This document shows, piece by piece, positions 13,543 through 16,709 of a DNA stretch of 16,709 nucleotides. The translations under genes and the position numbers were made by a program. The notes under the pieces were generated by a model. It was given only the letters and a program-made list of their open reading frames with translations. It had not been told where the DNA came from and searched no databases. Position 1 is the stretch's first letter, and every line of letters starts with the position of its first letter. The DNA lies in NCBI GenBank assembly GCA_964573245.1, contig CAZNJA010000027.1, positions 1 to 16,709 of the forward strand, read 5' to 3'. The stretch is from an uncultured bacterium. Its GTDB lineage: Bacteria; CAIJMQ01.

Positions 13543-14532
13543 ATGGAAAATTTATTAGATATTCGTAACTTGTCGATTTCTTTTAAAACCGACGAAGGAA
13601 CCGTGCGCGCAGTTGACGGATTATCGCTTGCAATTAATAAAGGAGAAGTATTGGGATTGGTTGGCGAATCCGGCTGCGGAAAATCGGTAACAGCAATGAG
13701 CACTTTACGATTGATAGCATCACCACCGGGCAGCATAGATTCAGGCCGGATAATTTTCGATAATAAGGACTTGTTATCTGTTTCGATAGAAGAACTTAGA
13801 AAAATAAGGGGGAAATCCATAAGTATGATTTTTCAGGAACCTATGACTGCCTTATCGCCTCTTCATTGCGTAGGAAAGCAGTTAGTCGAAACGCTTCAAT
13901 TTCACAGTGATATTAGGTACAAAGAGGCATGGGAAACAGGAGAACAATGGCTTTATAAAACCGGAATCAGCGACCCGAAGAAAAATATGTATGCTTATCC
14001 CTTTCAGTTGTCGGGAGGAATGTGCCAGAGAATTATGATTGCTATGGCTCTCATGCTTGACCCGAAAATTATCATTGCCGACGAACCCACTACAGCGCTT
14101 GACGTTACAATACAGGCGCAAATATTCGACCTTATGCGCGAAATGAAAAAGAAAGATACATCTCTGCTGCTCATAACACATAATATGGGTATTATCCGGG
14201 AAATGTGCGACAGAGTTGCCGTAATGTATGCAGGAGAAATAGTTGAAGTCGGGACAGTTAAAAGAATTTTCGATAAACCATTGCATCCGTATACAAAAGC
14301 TCTGATGAATTCGATTCCTTCAATCTCCGCGACAAAAGGAAAATTAGAATCGATTCCGGGACAAGTTCCTTCGCCTTTTAATTATCCTAAAGGATGCAGA
14401 TTCCATGACAGGTGCAAGTATACTTTTGATAAATGCCGCAAGGAGCACCCCGAACTTGAAAAAATTAATGATAGGCAGGCAAGATGTTTCCTGGCAAAAA
14501 ACAGACAAAAAAATGGTGAATTTAAAAGCTGA
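13543..14532 (+). CDS. oppD: Oligopeptide/dipeptide ABC transporter ATP-binding protein (OppD/DppD-like)
   Basis: Walker A GESGCGKS, Q-loop IFQEP, LSGGMCQR, IIADEPTTALD, HPYT, C-terminal GCRFHDRC..C..C. Confidence 0.9.
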   Translation: MENLLDIRNLSISFKTDEGTVRAVDGLSLAINKGEVLGLVGESGCGKSVTAMSTLRLIASPPGSIDSGRIIFDNKDLLSVSIEELRKIRGKSISMIFQEPMTALSPLHCVGKQLVETLQFHSDIRYKEAWETGEQWLYKTGISDPKKNMYAYPFQLSGGMCQRIMIAMALMLDPKIIIADEPTTALDVTIQAQIFDLMREMKKKDTSLLLITHNMGIIREMCDRVAVMYAGEIVEVGTVKRIFDKPLHPYTKALMNSIPSISATKGKLESIPGQVPSPFNYPKGCRFHDRCKYTFDKCRKEHPELEKINDRQARCFLAKNRQKNGEFKS

Positions 14533-15490
14533 TTTACCAATCCTTAATATTAGCGACCTTAGGACTTGGTTTACAATACGCCGTGGGGTTCTATCCCGCA
14601 CAGTCGGATATATACGTGCTATAGACGGAGTAAGCCTTAAAATTAATCAGGGTGAAACATTGGGGCTGGTCGGCGAATCCGGTTGCGGCAAAACTACTCT
14701 TGCCAGAACAATTGTAAAACTGGATCCGGCAAAATCAGGTTCCATATTATTTGAAGAGAACGATATTCTAAGCACAAACGAAAAAAATATGCGTTTTCTT
14801 AGACAGCAAATACAAATAATATTCCAGGACCCTTTTTCATCTTTGAATCCCAGAATGACCGTAATAGATATCCTGACTGAAGGACTGATTGAACACAGAA
14901 TGATTCATAATCGGCAAAAAAAAGAGAAAGCGCTCCAATTGCTAAATGATGTAGCTATGGATAGCAATTCACTGCACCGTTATCCACACGAATTTTCAGG
15001 CGGACAAAGGCAGAGAATAAGTATTGCGCGTGCTATTGCAATGAAGCCAAAATTGGTTATATGCGATGAAGCAGTAAGCGCTTTAGATGTATCTATTCAG
15101 GCGCAGGTTATTAATTTACTTATAAACCTTAAGAATGAATACGGCTTATCTTATTTGTTTATTTCGCACGATTTGAGCGCCGTAAGCCATATTGCTGACA
15201 GAATAGCGGTAATGTATCTGGGGCAGATTGTAGAACATGCGGATACGGCCGATATAATAAACAACCCTCTTCATCCTTACACTAAAGCTCTTATTTCGGC
15301 TATACCCCATGCATGGAAAAATAAAGGTGAAAGAACCGTTCTAAAGGGAGATGTTCCTTCTCCTTCAAATCCTCCATCCGGATGCCGGTTCCATACAAGA
15401 TGCCCCATAGGTGTACAAAAATGTACAACCGACGTGCCTAGACTTGAAGAAAAGGATAAAAATCACTTTGTGGCATGCCATCTGGTTTAA
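14513..15490 (+). CDS. oppF: Oligopeptide/dipeptide ABC transporter ATP-binding protein (OppF/DppF-like)
   Basis: GESGCGKT, FQDPFSSLNPR, YPHEFSGGQRQR, CDEAVSALD, HPYT, GCRFHTRCP, VACHL. Start placed at ATG 14513 rather than 14405 to limit overlap with oppD. Confidence 0.9.
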   Translation: MVNLKADLPILNISDLRTWFTIRRGVLSRTVGYIRAIDGVSLKINQGETLGLVGESGCGKTTLARTIVKLDPAKSGSILFEENDILSTNEKNMRFLRQQIQIIFQDPFSSLNPRMTVIDILTEGLIEHRMIHNRQKKEKALQLLNDVAMDSNSLHRYPHEFSGGQRQRISIARAIAMKPKLVICDEAVSALDVSIQAQVINLLINLKNEYGLSYLFISHDLSAVSHIADRIAVMYLGQIVEHADTADIINNPLHPYTKALISAIPHAWKNKGERTVLKGDVPSPSNPPSGCRFHTRCPIGVQKCTTDVPRLEEKDKNHFVACHLV

Positions 15491-15523
15491 GTAAAATCTT
15501 GGTCTTGTAAAAAGTTAACAAAT

Positions 15524-16708
15524 TTATTCAGTCTTTTGTAATAGAGACTTGTTTAGCGTTTTTAATCTTAACCAAAGTAAACCAGCAAAACCGGCAGTTA
15601 GAATAAAAGGAATAAGGATACCATATCCCCAATTTTCATGAAATGCTTTATCGCATACGAAAGCACCCGAAAAGTAAAAGCCGGAAGTCGGATTGAAAAG
15701 CAAGAAAAACTCCATTTGAGAAAAAGCAGCCATCAGGAATGGAAGTATATATAAAACTACAACAAATCCAGTGCCAAAGGTAAGGCCTTTATCTTTAGAG
15801 ATTAAAACACCAAACTGAGCCAATACGATATAAGCCAAAAGATATCCCAACAACATCCCTAATCCCAACGTAAATCTGGCTATTGTATTTAGCGTAAAAG
15901 TGAATGGTGAAGTCAAATATGCAAACATAGATAAACCGACTGCAATCATTATGAGGAAACAAATAATAGATGTCATAAAAATAGGACTACTCTGGTTATT
16001 ATATGCTAACCTTTTTTTGCTCTTTAACCAGGCAAAAATGGAAGCATAATTAGGAGTGAGCATCAAACTTAATGCAATTAATACAAACCAGCTGATCTGG
16101 AAAAAAGCACTAAATGAACTTAAGAAATGTAAATCTTTAATTCTGAATACATCTCTCATAAAACCTATAAGAATCAACTCAAATATTAAAAATAGAAAAG
16201 GGACTTTTGTACGGGAAAAAAGTGCAGCAGTTTCATCCTTAAGCTTCCTGAATATACCAGCCAAGAAGGTCATACTAAGACAAATGTAAATAAAACAGGT
16301 GTATACAAGGGTGGGAATCTTTATATTGAAGAATGAAATATAAGCATTCATCTTATCGCTATGATAAGGGCTTAAGTATTGTAAAAATAATGGTATTGGT
16401 GAAAGCAAACTGACAAAATTAGCCGGATAATCATGGTAAATTTCCATACCAATACATGGTACACCGATTATTAACCCAATGGTACAAAGAATAACAAGAT
16501 TCAATGATGTTTGTTTATCAATAATTGAGGACATTAACAGTCCCAAAGCATTTAGAAAGAAAACACCAAAGAGCAATAAAAGATATAATTTTGCTGTTAA
16601 AAGAATAGGTATGCCAGCCATTAAGCCGGTTATAAGTGTTATGGGAACAGTAATTAACTGCAGATAGTGAACAGTAAGCGTAGGACCTACCATCTCCCCG
16701 ATGATTAT
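15524..16708 (-). CDS. Polytopic membrane protein, possibly ABC-2-type exporter permease; 5'-truncated by the window
   Basis: The frame stays open to the window edge (IIIGEMVGP..., resembling the 'IxxGK' segment of ABC-2 permeases); about 10 hydrophobic segments. Confidence 0.6.
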   Translation of the reverse strand: MIIGEMVGPTLTVHYLQLITVPITLITGLMAGIPILLTAKLYLLLLFGVFFLNALGLLMSSIIDKQTSLNLVILCTIGLIIGVPCIGMEIYHDYPANFVSLLSPIPLFLQYLSPYHSDKMNAYISFFNIKIPTLVYTCFIYICLSMTFLAGIFRKLKDETAALFSRTKVPFLFLIFELILIGFMRDVFRIKDLHFLSSFSAFFQISWFVLIALSLMLTPNYASIFAWLKSKKRLAYNNQSSPIFMTSIICFLIMIAVGLSMFAYLTSPFTFTLNTIARFTLGLGMLLGYLLAYIVLAQFGVLISKDKGLTFGTGFVVVLYILPFLMAAFSQMEFFLLFNPTSGFYFSGAFVCDKAFHENWGYGILIPFILTAGFAGLLWLRLKTLNKSLLQKTE

Positions 16709-16709
16709 A

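Noticed and set aside
13430-13548. ATGGAA direct repeat (end of yejE and start of oppD) as a target duplication
   Set aside because: Both copies are coding (M-E) and not adjacent to the inverted termini; TAAA fits the element boundaries exactly.
13380-13820. 146-aa minus-strand ORF crossing the 13440 element, and other antisense or alternate-frame ORFs (e.g. 1745-2086, 3009-3416, 7075-7440, 12340-12813, 13882-14286)
   Set aside because: Shadows of well-supported genes, with no recognisable motifs or RBS.
14405-14512. Longer N-terminus for the second ATPase as in the ORF track
   Set aside because: It would overlap oppD by 128 nt across its conserved Cys-rich tail; family similarity begins after Met 14513.
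1-16709. tRNA, rRNA, known riboswitch, transposase or integrase genes
   Set aside because: None recognised by eye; a covariance-model search would be needed to exclude small ncRNAs.

Overview
AT-rich bacterial window with three zones. (1) 1-3681: a polyamine-type cluster (5'-truncated deoxyhypusine-synthase-like gene and a fold-type III PLP ornithine/lysine/arginine decarboxylase) interrupted by an FRG-domain gene, followed by a small membrane protein and a SAM methyltransferase. (2) About 3682-6447: an accessory block of orphan membrane proteins and an RHH/RelE toxin-antitoxin pair; two unrelated orphans share a near-identical 31-bp promoter. (3) An M48 peptidase-TPR gene divergent from a yejABE-like/oppDF peptide ABC operon, then a truncated membrane protein. 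The most striking signal is non-coding. Short GC-rich palindromic elements with CCCCGC...GCGGGG ends sit exactly on stop/start codons inside the ABC operon, flanked by TGA/TGAA/TAAA direct repeats, and are stacked and nested. One of them carries an intact small GIY-YIG nuclease gene. Deleting them in silico restores compact junctions, including an ATGA stop/start overlap. This suggests a codon-targeting REP/MITE-like mobile system associated with a GIY-YIG nuclease. Mobility and the role of the nuclease are inferences. All family calls come from motif recognition only; no database search was run.
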